Source: Opitutales bacterium (GTDB lineage Bacteria; Verrucomicrobiota; Verrucomicrobiia; Opitutales; PNEW01). From it: DNA of 32,000 nt. Below are positions 16,586-25,414 of this stretch, piece by piece. The stretch is from the NCBI GenBank assembly GCA_965219535.1, contig CBDCNV010000002.1:720001-752000 (forward strand), read 5' to 3'. Made by a program: the position numbers and the translations under genes. The notes beneath the pieces were generated by a model. The model was not told where the DNA came from and ran no database searches. It saw only the letters and a program-made list of their open reading frames with translations. Position 1 is the stretch's first letter. Every line of letters starts with the position of its first letter.

Positions 16586-17644
16586 ATGAAATCATCCAGG
16601 AGAAACCTCAGTCCACAGAGTATGTTCGTGCGTATGGCGGACGATCATCAACCACAGTTTCATTTTGAAAACTGGACCGGTGACTTTGAAGTGTGGAAAG
16701 CGTCGGCTAAACCGGAAGTGATGAAATGTCTGGGTACATTCCCTGAGACCGTTGACCCGAATCCGGAATTGAAGTTGGAGTGGGAGGAAGAAGGAATTCG
16801 CGGACAAAGATGGATCATCAATGTTAATCCGAAACTTTCAGCGACGGTAATTATTTTTTTCCCGACTGATATGAAGAAGGGTGAACAACGCCCAGCCCTT
16901 ATGTGTTGGCATGGTCACGGTCCCTACGGCAAGGAGTCCGTAATGGGCAACCGATCAACCCCCGAACGTAAAGCCGATATTGAGAGCACTAATTATGACT
17001 ACGGTCTTCAAATGGCACACGCGGGTTTTGTGACTTACGCCGTCGACTGGCTCGGTAATGCAGATTTGGACGATAATTCCAAGCCAAACTGGTGGGGGAA
17101 CGTACATAATCGAGATTGGTGTAATATTTATTATCTTCACTCGACGATGTTTGGCATGACATCCATTTCGATCAACGTAGGCATCGGCATGGCGACAACG
17201 AGTTTTGTCTCCAGCCTTCCGGAAGTTGATTCCGAGCGTCTGGGTGTGATGGGCTTGAGCGGCGGCGGGACAATGACGCTGTGGACAGCGCTATGCGATG
17301 AGCGGTTCAAAGCGGCTGAGATCATATGCTATAGCGATTTGTGGGCCGCTTTTGGGATGCGCGACATAAACTATTGCGGCATGCAGGTCGCTCCTGGCCT
17401 CTATGCGCTTGTTGATCTGCCCGATTTACAGGGCTTGCTCGCACCGCTCCCGCTTCTCATCGACGTCGGTGTCCGCGACATGTGTTTCAGGGTGGATACC
17501 GCCATAGCCTGTTACCACCAGTTGGAGAATATTTACTCAGCCGCCGGAGCGACTGAACACTTGGAACTAGATCTTCATCCCCGTGGACACGCTTGGGGTG
17601 GAAACAAGTCTCAGGAGTTTTTTGGGAAAACGCTCAAAGGATAG
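16586..17644 (+). CDS. Alpha/beta hydrolase (esterase-like)
   Basis: 352-aa ORF. Nucleophile elbow GVMGLSGGG and a C-terminal His region (LHPRGHAWG). The subfamily is not resolvable by eye. Confidence 0.65.
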   Translation: MKSSRRNLSPQSMFVRMADDHQPQFHFENWTGDFEVWKASAKPEVMKCLGTFPETVDPNPELKLEWEEEGIRGQRWIINVNPKLSATVIIFFPTDMKKGEQRPALMCWHGHGPYGKESVMGNRSTPERKADIESTNYDYGLQMAHAGFVTYAVDWLGNADLDDNSKPNWWGNVHNRDWCNIYYLHSTMFGMTSISINVGIGMATTSFVSSLPEVDSERLGVMGLSGGGTMTLWTALCDERFKAAEIICYSDLWAAFGMRDINYCGMQVAPGLYALVDLPDLQGLLAPLPLLIDVGVRDMCFRVDTAIACYHQLENIYSAAGATEHLELDLHPRGHAWGGNKSQEFFGKTLKG

Positions 17645-17653
17645 GCAAAATAA

Positions 17654-18922
17654 ATGAAACGTTTTGTTATAGTCGGTACGGGTGGGCGATGCACACACAG
17701 CTATCTCGGGCCGCTTACATCCCGATTCCAGGGCCGGGTCGAGCTGGTTGGGCTTTACGACCCCAATGCCAAGCGCATGGATGCAGCCAATCAACTGGTG
17801 GGAACATCAGTGCCGACATTTAACAATTTCGATGAGATGATGGGCACCGTAAAGCCGGATGGCGTCATCGTTACTTCGCAGGATTCGACGCATGCCCAGT
17901 ACGTTGTCGGCGCCCTGGAAAAAGATTGCGAAGCCATTGTCGAGAAGCCGCTCTGCACATCCGCCGAGCATGTCCGCGCCATCCGAAGTGCTGCTGAAAA
18001 AAGCAGAGCCAAAGGCCACGTGACCCACAACATGCGGTTCAAGCCTGACATTGAGGTAATCAAGCGCGAAATTCTGGACGGCCGCATCGGCAAGGTGCTG
18101 CACATCAATTTTGCCGAGACCCTGGACAGATCACATGGGGCCGATTACTATCGCCGCTGGCATCGCTTAATTGAGAATAGCGGTGGTTTAATGATTCACA
18201 AGGCCAGTCATCACTTCGACTTGCTAAATTGGCTGGCGGATTCTACACCCGAGACCGTTACCGCTCTAGGCCGGCAGTCCTTTTATGGAAAGCACGGTCC
18301 CTTTCGTGGTGAACGTTGCTCGAATTGCGAATATGCCGAAAAGTGTAATTTTTACGTGGATATGTTTGCGGAAGAGGAGATTCGCATGCTCTACCGTGAA
18401 GCGGAGAGTGAAGACGGATACATCCGCGACGGGTGTGTGTTTGATCCGAGCATCGATATTCCGGATACTTTCAGCGCGTCGATCGCTTATAACAATGGCA
18501 TCATCGCCAGCTTTTCGCTGAACAGCTACGCAGCATACGAGAGTAACTCAATCGCGATTGAGGGTACACTCGGCAGGCTTGAAATGCGGGCTGTGCACTC
18601 AACGGGATTTGTCGCAGGACAAAAAACGCAGAACGTCACACAACTCGTGAACGATGAGTCATTCGGAGTCGGACGAAAGGTCACCTTGTTTCTCCCACAC
18701 GAGGGCAAAGTGCTCGATCTCACCCACGGTGACGTCAAAGGCGGTCACGGAGGGGCTGATCCCAAGATGCTTGAGTTTCTCTTCGGCGACGCCGCGGGCG
18801 ATGACCCACTGAATCAGTTTGCACCGCTTGATCAGGGTATTCAAGCCGTGCTCGTCGGTCTCGCCGCTAACAAGAGCATTCAGGGCAACGGGTGTCCCGT
18901 AGCGGTGCAGGAGTTGGTTTGA
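17654..18922 (+). CDS. Gfo/Idh/MocA family oxidoreductase
   Basis: 422-aa ORF. N-terminal Rossmann motif FVIVGTGGRC, an EKPL motif (AIVEKPLCTS), and a C-terminal alpha/beta domain. Confidence 0.85.
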   Translation: MKRFVIVGTGGRCTHSYLGPLTSRFQGRVELVGLYDPNAKRMDAANQLVGTSVPTFNNFDEMMGTVKPDGVIVTSQDSTHAQYVVGALEKDCEAIVEKPLCTSAEHVRAIRSAAEKSRAKGHVTHNMRFKPDIEVIKREILDGRIGKVLHINFAETLDRSHGADYYRRWHRLIENSGGLMIHKASHHFDLLNWLADSTPETVTALGRQSFYGKHGPFRGERCSNCEYAEKCNFYVDMFAEEEIRMLYREAESEDGYIRDGCVFDPSIDIPDTFSASIAYNNGIIASFSLNSYAAYESNSIAIEGTLGRLEMRAVHSTGFVAGQKTQNVTQLVNDESFGVGRKVTLFLPHEGKVLDLTHGDVKGGHGGADPKMLEFLFGDAAGDDPLNQFAPLDQGIQAVLVGLAANKSIQGNGCPVAVQELV

Positions 18923-18940
18923 ATCTATTCGCTTACGCTC

Positions 18941-19045
18941 GGGGTTCAGGGTTCAGGGTTCAGTGAAAGTGCGCTGACGCGCGTGTTAAGTGTTAAGTTT
19001 TAAGTGAAGGAGGTTCACGGTTCAAGGTTAAGAGTTCACCGTTGG
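18941..19045. repeat. Composite heptanucleotide array, 15 units in one unbroken phase (GGGGTTC AGGGTTC AGGGTTC AGTGAAA GTGCGCT GACGCGC GTGTTAA GTGTTAA GTTTTAA GTGAAGG AGGTTCA CGGTTCA AGGTTAA GAGTTCA CCGTTGG)
   Basis: Direct reading; three different unit types are concatenated without any phase slip. Confidence 0.85.
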
Positions 19046-19084
19046 GAGATAACAGTAACTAGTTGCTTTAATTATGTTCTAAGA

Positions 19085-19148
19085 GGTGGAACGCGGTGTC
19101 CCTACCGCGTTTAGTATGTCCATGCATAAAGAAGGGTGCTAGGGACAG
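19085..19148. repeat. Double-hairpin REP/BIME-like element, copy R3, truncated by the IS insertion
   Basis: GGTGGAACGCGGTGTCCCTACCGCGTT (perfect 8-bp hairpin) ...GGTGCTAGGGACAG, then the IS begins. The expected continuation CCCGCTCCACC (seen in R4) is missing. Confidence 0.7.
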
Positions 19149-20523
19149 GTATAGGTTCAAGACATTCTTTACACAAAAGGTTCAGGACATCCTTTACAGA
19201 TTGCCAAAGAAAGAAGGATGCTAAGTAAGGGGTATGATGTCATGGAAGGAAACAAATAAAATGGACCAAAGATACCAATTCGCCCTGGAATCGATGCAAC
19301 CGGGAGTAAAGATGAACGAGCTGTGTGAAGACTACGGGATCAGCCGACCGACAGGGTATAAATGGAAGAAGCGCTTCCTGAGCGAAGGGATGGAGGGGTT
19401 GCACGAGCGCTCACGCCGACCGCATGGAAGTGTTCAGGAACTATCCGAATCAGTAGTATGTACGCTGATCAAACTCAAGCATCATCACCCGACGTGGGGC
19501 CCCTACAAGATCCGCGAGCTTTACCAGAGGCGTTACGGGAAGGCCCCCTCAGACTCGAGCGTGAAACGGGTCTTGGAACGTGCGGGACTGGTGCAAAAGC
19601 GTCGGCGCAGAAGCGCTCAAAAAAGCGGACGCCTTTACCGCAGCGTCAAGGCCAGTGGCTGTAACGAAGTGTGGAGCGTAGACTTCAAAGGGTGGTGGCA
19701 CACCGTTGATGGCAACCGTTGTGAACCTTTGACGGTACGGGATGAATGGAGCCGCTATGTATTAGAGGTGCGGGTGCTCAGTTCAGCCCGTAGCGAAGCG
19801 GTGCGTGAATGCTTCACAAAACTCTTTGAACGCTATGGACTTCCCGCTTGCATCCGCAGCGACAACGGCAGTCCCTTTGCCAGTGCCAATGCGGTCCTGG
19901 GCCTGAGCAAACTGGCGGCCTGGTGGCTGGCCTTAGGGATCAATCTCGAGCGTGGACGTCCGGGTAAACCCCAGGATAACGGTGCCCATGAGCGTCTCCA
20001 TCGCGATATCAAAGAGGAGTTGCAAAAACATGCCCAGGACGATCTTCGCACCCAACAGGTGGCCTTCGATCTGTGGCGCAAGACCTTCAATGAAGAACGC
20101 CCCCATGCGGCTCTTGCCATGAGCACGCCCTCTGAAATCTATCAGCACAGCTCTCATCCTTACGGTGGCACTCCTGCCGATATCAGCTATGATTTGATGA
20201 CTCGCCGGGTCTCAAAAAGCGGGTCTATCAAACTCGATGGCTTCCAGATTCCTATCTCCACCGCCCTCGCCGGTTGGAGCGTTGGACTAAAACCACTAGA
20301 CACGGTACACTTCGATGTTTACTTTGCCACTCTCAGAATCGGTCAGATTGACCTTTCAACGGCTGCTTTCATTGGGGCCGCTTGCGGCCCCAACAATGCC
20401 AGCCAAACCTCTAAAACCGCATAACATTAACTTAACTATATAACCCGATTACCGTTCAGCATCCCTCACAAAGTGTAAACCATGTCTTGATCTAAATCTG
20501 TAAACCATGTCCTGGTTGTACCC
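19148..20523 (+). mobile_element. IS481-family insertion sequence, complete copy 2 (~1.38 kb; ends +/- 3 bp)
   Basis: Single transposase ORF. Imperfect inverted ends GGTATAGGTTCAAGACAT / ATGTCCTGGTTGTACC. Each end carries two copies of the TGTAAA-NN-ATGTCYTG motif in inverted orientation. The right end is defined by loss of identity with copy 1. Confidence 0.8.
19234..20424 (+). CDS. IS481-family DDE transposase
   Basis: 396-aa ORF. N-terminal HTH with the typical GISRPTGYKWKKRFLSEGMEGLHERSRRPH stretch and an rve integrase core (VDFKGW, SDNGSPF, DNGAHERLHR). No frameshift. Confidence 0.85.
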   Translation: MMSWKETNKMDQRYQFALESMQPGVKMNELCEDYGISRPTGYKWKKRFLSEGMEGLHERSRRPHGSVQELSESVVCTLIKLKHHHPTWGPYKIRELYQRRYGKAPSDSSVKRVLERAGLVQKRRRRSAQKSGRLYRSVKASGCNEVWSVDFKGWWHTVDGNRCEPLTVRDEWSRYVLEVRVLSSARSEAVRECFTKLFERYGLPACIRSDNGSPFASANAVLGLSKLAAWWLALGINLERGRPGKPQDNGAHERLHRDIKEELQKHAQDDLRTQQVAFDLWRKTFNEERPHAALAMSTPSEIYQHSSHPYGGTPADISYDLMTRRVSKSGSIKLDGFQIPISTALAGWSVGLKPLDTVHFDVYFATLRIGQIDLSTAAFIGAACGPNNASQTSKTA

Positions 20524-20571
20524 TGATTATGTGTGCCCTTAAAACTTAACACCTAACACTTCTCGAAGAGA

Positions 20572-20844
20572 TCACTCGATAGTGATCTCCTCGGGAACAA
20601 CTTCGATCGCATGACCTTGGTTAATGACTGGCATAGATGCCTTTGTTAACCAGATGTCAGTTCCTTCTAATATAAACTCTCTTAAAAAATTATATCCACT
20701 AGGAGCTTCTGGTGTTTCCCCGATTATTATAAATCCCGATGGAACTCCATCAGGCCCTGTCGGCCCAATGGGGCCAGTTAAACCCTGAATCCCTTGAGAT
20801 CCTGTTGGACCTATTGGCCCCGTTTCACCAGTCGGGCCGTTATG
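20572..20844 (-). pseudogene. Start-less remnant of a collagen-like (G-X-Y repeat) protein gene carrying the shared EEITIE C-terminal/hairpin module
   Basis: My translation of the minus strand: [90 protein letters not shown]. No start codon lies near its 5' end. Its last ~45 nt and its 3' flank are homologous to the ends of 23128..25353 and 25779..28010. Confidence 0.6.
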
Positions 20845-22542
20845 TTACACGTCTCTCGGGCCGGAAAAACCCGGCCCTCCGGAGGCGACGTAGCCGTGGC
20901 TCTTACCGCCTGGATCGAGGGCGACCCAGAAGGCATACAGGCTGCCGTTTGTCAGCCGGAATCGGAACCGGGCCGGCCCGCCACCGGCCGCTGAGAGGTC
21001 CGCGGCACCCCGCCACCGGATCGGCACGCAGGTTTCGTCTCCATGTACCGGAATGCATCTTTCCATTGAATAAGGTTCGATAACCCGGCCTTCCCGGTCG
21101 AGGGCTTCGACCTGGAGCTCACCCTCCGGGGCCTCCACATTGACAAAAAGATGGCCGCCCTTGAAGGTGAGTGGTCGGGTAATCAAATCTCCGGGGGCAT
21201 CGCCGGCATCCATGGAGACAAAGCCGTCGCGGCGAGTCCAGGCGACGTGGGTGCTGCCTCCGGCATATATGTCGCGGGCACCGGAAGGGGCGATGCCTGA
21301 AAATCCTGAATAGTAGAAGTGCAGCCGATCCCGGGCGATAATGCATCCCGCAGCAGGTCTCAGGTATGCCCGGTCCCAGTCCCCTTCTTTTTTTGTGGCA
21401 CCGATGAAGACCTCCCTGTCCGGCCGGTACCAGTGGAATCCGTCCCGGCTGTAGCCCAGCTTGATCTGAGTCAGCTTTGGGAACTGCCCTTTTCGGCAGA
21501 TGTCGTTGGGCGGGCCATAGAGGATTGCAAAAATTCCCAGCATGAGGCTCTCATAGGGCACCACCTCCAGCATGTACAGCTGTGTCGGCTCCTGGACCAC
21601 CCACTCCGGATCCGGTAGGTCCAGCCTGTCGGCCCCGACCCAGAACACCTGCCCTTCGGACAGCCCCGGAGCGGGCTCATCGAGGCTCCTGACCTGACTC
21701 AGGGCCTCTTCCGGCGTAGCCTCCCGAAGACTTTGAAACTGCCAGAACTGATCCCTTTCGATATAAGCCCGGCCTCGTTTGCCTTCATAGTCGCGTTTGA
21801 GGTTCAGCACCCATTTCCGTCTGAAGGGATTGTAGTGGAGGGTCGTGCCGTCGGCTCCTCTAGCCGTGAACTGTGCCGCATGTTCCCAATGCACGCCATC
21901 ACCCGATTTCAAGAGCCAGTTTTCGCTGGTTCTCTTGCCCTTCTGATTCTCCCAAGGAAAAAATTTCTGATGGATCTCACTTACCTCCCAGGGGACTTTC
22001 CCGTGAAACACGTATAGGTAGGCCTTGAATCGCTCCGTAGGATCCTGCGCATGGAGATCCAGGAGCGGGCAGAAACTGTCCCGGGAACGCATCGGGTAGT
22101 CGTGGGGAAGGATCACGTTCGTACCGGGTAGGATATCCAGGTCCGGCCGCTCCCAATGCAAACCGTCGTCGCTGAACGCCACCGCCGTGTGTCCCGGATA
22201 GGAGGCCAGGTACCAGAGCAGGAACTTCCGGGTTACTGGATCGTAGGCGACTCCGTCGTCGAAAGGACAGGCCGTGGCCGCGGGACGCTCCTGTTCAGCC
22301 GCGGTCTCCGGAACCAGTATTGGATTTTCCTCATATTTTTGCGCCGGGTGAAACACCCGTTTCAAGGTAGTATTCTCGATCAAGAAACCATCGACAAATA
22401 GCTGCCGGCCCACGTCGATCGGTATCACCGATGGCGGAGAGTCCAGATACGGAACCGGCATTGGCTCGCGGGATGATGGATTCATGTCCCGCGGGGGCCA
22501 TTCCTCGGGTAACCGAATTCCATTGTAAAGCACAGTATTCAT
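20845..22542 (-). CDS. Five-bladed beta-propeller glycoside-hydrolase-like protein, visibly GC-rich gene
   Basis: 565-aa ORF. AFSDDGLHWERPDLDIL and YEENPILVP motifs, and a C-terminal LYAFWV...GYVASGGPGFSG tail. It has many overlapping spurious ORFs, as is typical of GC-rich DNA. Confidence 0.6.
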   Translation of the reverse strand: MNTVLYNGIRLPEEWPPRDMNPSSREPMPVPYLDSPPSVIPIDVGRQLFVDGFLIENTTLKRVFHPAQKYEENPILVPETAAEQERPAATACPFDDGVAYDPVTRKFLLWYLASYPGHTAVAFSDDGLHWERPDLDILPGTNVILPHDYPMRSRDSFCPLLDLHAQDPTERFKAYLYVFHGKVPWEVSEIHQKFFPWENQKGKRTSENWLLKSGDGVHWEHAAQFTARGADGTTLHYNPFRRKWVLNLKRDYEGKRGRAYIERDQFWQFQSLREATPEEALSQVRSLDEPAPGLSEGQVFWVGADRLDLPDPEWVVQEPTQLYMLEVVPYESLMLGIFAILYGPPNDICRKGQFPKLTQIKLGYSRDGFHWYRPDREVFIGATKKEGDWDRAYLRPAAGCIIARDRLHFYYSGFSGIAPSGARDIYAGGSTHVAWTRRDGFVSMDAGDAPGDLITRPLTFKGGHLFVNVEAPEGELQVEALDREGRVIEPYSMERCIPVHGDETCVPIRWRGAADLSAAGGGPARFRFRLTNGSLYAFWVALDPGGKSHGYVASGGPGFSGPRDV

Positions 22543-22580
22543 CGGATAAATTGTTCAAGAGTAATTTTTTACGAGGGAGG

Positions 22581-22919
22581 TTAATAACTGAAACTGCGGA
22601 TGATTGCATCTCCTAAAATGCTGTAAAATACAGTTTCAGAAGGAACTTTATGACAGTTGTTCTCGTTGAGATACTTTAAGATTGCTTCGTCATCCTCTGG
22701 TGGAAAAAATAATTGCACTTCACCATCAAAATCTGAACCCAGGGAGAAATTAATACCGGTTATTAAAATTGTCCCTTGTCCCAAGTCTGCTTCTGCTCCA
22801 GTAATGAGCAGTTCTTGTTTTCCCTGGTCGCTATCATTATTATTGTCTGCCAAGAGAGAATGGTTTGTGAGGATAAGAATAGTGATAAGGATAATAAGGT
22901 GGTGAAGAATGTTTTTCAT
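22581..22919 (-). CDS. Small secreted hypothetical protein (AT-rich gene)
   Basis: The ORF track gives 124 aa from 22955. The internal Met at 22919 opens a classic signal peptide, MKNILHHLIILITILILTNHSLLA. I recognise no domain. Confidence 0.5.
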   Translation of the reverse strand: MKNILHHLIILITILILTNHSLLADNNNDSDQGKQELLITGAEADLGQGTILITGINFSLGSDFDGEVQLFFPPEDDEAILKYLNENNCHKVPSETVFYSILGDAIIRSFSY

Positions 22920-23127
22920 AATGACATCAATATTTAGCTGGATTAAGCCGGACACGGCGAATGCTCGTTAGGGAACTGGACCTTCAGTCTGGAGCCACTA
23001 CCTTAACTTGCTAAGGATGAAGCAAAAGGCAGTGTGAGGGGCTTTTCTCCCTAACCATTTACAAGCCACAGTGAGTAGTGAGAGCGTTTTGATGGGCTGG
23101 GGTATACATAGGATATGCCTTGAAGAG

Positions 23128-25353
23128 TTACTCAATCGTCAATTCTTCAGTCGTAACTTCGATCGCATCGCCATCTTCATTGGCGAAGGTGGCATCGATA
23201 CTCAGTGTAGGTTGAGGCGTGTTGTCGGACTTGAAGTTGTTCTGAGAGATCAGGGTGTCAAACCCGGTCGTTGTCGATCCACTCTCCGCTACCACGACTG
23301 CCGCACCGTTCGTCTGCAAGAGGTCACCACCTGTGATCCGCAAGCCGGGATTGCCGGCTGGCACCGTGAACGATCCTGATCCAAAGAGTAAATGCGGGAC
23401 CGCATCGCCATCAGCATCGATGTCACCCACGGTTAAGCGAACCGCGATCGGTACCCCGCGCGCATCGAAGCCGACCTTGCCGGTGCTTCCACTGAATACG
23501 GCATTCGATAACTGCACCCCTCCCAGTCCCGTAGAGTTGACCACTTCCACAAGGGCAACATTCGCCTGGGCGTCATAGACCTGTCCTTCGGGGAACAGCG
23601 CCTGGTTAAAAGCGTTGATCCTGCCAACTGTGAAGATGCTGAAGAAGGTATTGGCGTCTGCTCCTTCGATGACCACGCTCGGCTTGCCCGTTACGTACTC
23701 AACCTGCTGGTTGTAGCGTGGAGGTATGGCCGGGGGCAGGAAGGTGGCCGGGTCCAGGGTTACGGTAAAGGTGCCGTTGCCGGAGAATTCTACCTGCACA
23801 ATGTCTTCGTTTTCGTCCATGAAGGAAACGCGGGTGATCTGTCCCGGTTTGGCCTGGAGTTGGACGGACTCTCCGGTGAGTAAAATCTGGTCGAAGACAT
23901 TACCGTTGGCATGCTGAATGTCTTCACCCGCGATATCCCCCGAGCCATCGAGCACGAGGGGAATGGAAGGAGCTGCTACGGTGATGACCGCGGTATCGCT
24001 GTCGGTAGTACCTCCGGCGTTTGTTATTTGCACCCAGAAGCTGGTGTTCGCAGTAAGCGCGCCGGTATCGAGGGTGCTGCCGGTGGCCCCGGCGACGGGG
24101 TTAGCGATGTCACCGCTGTTACCGGTATACCACTGGTAGGTAAGATCATTCCCACTGGCAGCAACAGATAAGTTTGCCGATGCGCCGGACTGAACTTCCT
24201 GGCTGGTGGGTTGAGTGGTGATAGTCGGAGCATCCGCAGGTGGGGGACCTTCTCCTTCTGTTCCCGGAGCACCGATAGGGGTAAATCCAAAATCATCGAC
24301 TGTAGTACGACTGAAATTAACGCTAACATCGGGATCATCCTTCATCACCAGCCTGCTAATACCGCCGGGAGCTCCTAATTCTTCGGCATTGATGGTTATA
24401 AATCTGGGTTTGAACTCAGCTCTAATATTTCCTTCTAAATCTGAAAAGGTTGCCAGTAAGTTATCGTTCGTATCATAGACTTCAATTGCGCCGTTGGGAT
24501 CGGTACTGCCAGCAGCCACTGTGGTAGCTCCGAAAAAATCTATTTCATAGGCTGGAGTTTCAAAGGTGATGGTTGCCTCCCCTCCATTAAATAATCCATA
24601 AGTATTAAAAAACGCGCGTACATAAATGAAATTACCTGCAACCCTGTTTATAATCATTCCTCCCTCAAAGGTAGCAGTATTGGGCGAAGTACCCAGGACC
24701 AAGGGTTCTGATCCTCCTTCACCCGTACTAAATTCTTCAAAAGTGCTGTAAACAGTGTTGTTTGAGGGGAAGTCGGTCAGGGTAAATCCCAGGTCGTCGA
24801 GGACGAGTTTTCCCGTAACATTAAGAAACTTTACTTCGAGGATACCGCTGAGGAAGTCAAAATCATCTGTATCTTGAAAAACCCCGCTGTCTCCTACAAA
24901 ACTGTATAAAGGGGGATTGGCGCCAGGGCTGATATTTGCTGGCAGTCCTTCGATAAGACCTCCATTGCCAATGACGAAGTTACTTTTAGTGTCAACTGAG
25001 GGGTCTGGTATGACTTCTCCTCTTACCTCAATTCTACCTGCGCCTGTGTTCTCGCCCGCATAAAATTCCAGAAATTGTATACCTCTTGATGATGATATTC
25101 GCCCTTCCTGTCCAGGTCCCAGGGTTAAAGCCTTTGTCCCTGAATGTAATTGAGCAGGATCCTCTAATGTTTCCACCGTGAAACCTGTTATAGTAACCGT
25201 ATTCGGCTCCTGCCCGATGACAATCGTGCCTTCACCACTTACGTCCTCGAAATCGGTGAACACCTCGAGGTCTTGAGGTAGGGCTGACAGGCGCACCGAT
25301 AAATAGAGCAAGAGAATCAGAAGCGGAATTATTTTTATAGGTTTTCTTTTCAT
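23128..25353 (-). CDS. Large secreted protein of unknown function, paralog P1 (signal peptide, duplicated N-terminal module, Ig-like module, conserved C-terminal half)
   Basis: 741-aa ORF. Signal peptide MKRKPIKIIPLLILLLYLSVRLSA. Ig-like pattern TITTQPTSQEVQSGASANLSVAASGNDLTYQWY. The C-terminal ~375 aa are about nine-tenths identical to P2 by eye. Confidence 0.85.
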   Translation of the reverse strand: MKRKPIKIIPLLILLLYLSVRLSALPQDLEVFTDFEDVSGEGTIVIGQEPNTVTITGFTVETLEDPAQLHSGTKALTLGPGQEGRISSSRGIQFLEFYAGENTGAGRIEVRGEVIPDPSVDTKSNFVIGNGGLIEGLPANISPGANPPLYSFVGDSGVFQDTDDFDFLSGILEVKFLNVTGKLVLDDLGFTLTDFPSNNTVYSTFEEFSTGEGGSEPLVLGTSPNTATFEGGMIINRVAGNFIYVRAFFNTYGLFNGGEATITFETPAYEIDFFGATTVAAGSTDPNGAIEVYDTNDNLLATFSDLEGNIRAEFKPRFITINAEELGAPGGISRLVMKDDPDVSVNFSRTTVDDFGFTPIGAPGTEGEGPPPADAPTITTQPTSQEVQSGASANLSVAASGNDLTYQWYTGNSGDIANPVAGATGSTLDTGALTANTSFWVQITNAGGTTDSDTAVITVAAPSIPLVLDGSGDIAGEDIQHANGNVFDQILLTGESVQLQAKPGQITRVSFMDENEDIVQVEFSGNGTFTVTLDPATFLPPAIPPRYNQQVEYVTGKPSVVIEGADANTFFSIFTVGRINAFNQALFPEGQVYDAQANVALVEVVNSTGLGGVQLSNAVFSGSTGKVGFDARGVPIAVRLTVGDIDADGDAVPHLLFGSGSFTVPAGNPGLRITGGDLLQTNGAAVVVAESGSTTTGFDTLISQNNFKSDNTPQPTLSIDATFANEDGDAIEVTTEELTIE

Positions 25354-25414
25354 GCTGTTATAACGATTGAAGCGATGCCAAAGATCGGCGCAAGGACTAT
25401 TCGCTTATTGGGTA

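Noticed and set aside
18941-19045. CRISPR array among the short tandem repeats
   Set aside because: The repeat period is 7-8 nt with no unique spacers, and no cas genes are present. The 21-bp repeat at 29117-29227 is in-frame coding sequence.
20845-20847. Programmed stop-codon readthrough fusing the glycosidase-like protein to the collagen-like tail, taken as the primary interpretation
   Set aside because: The glycosidase-like protein ends in what looks like a natural C-terminal motif (GYVASGGPGFSG...). The G-X-Y register does not continue across the stop. The IS and other gene remnants next door make decay the simpler explanation. It is kept only as an alternative to test.
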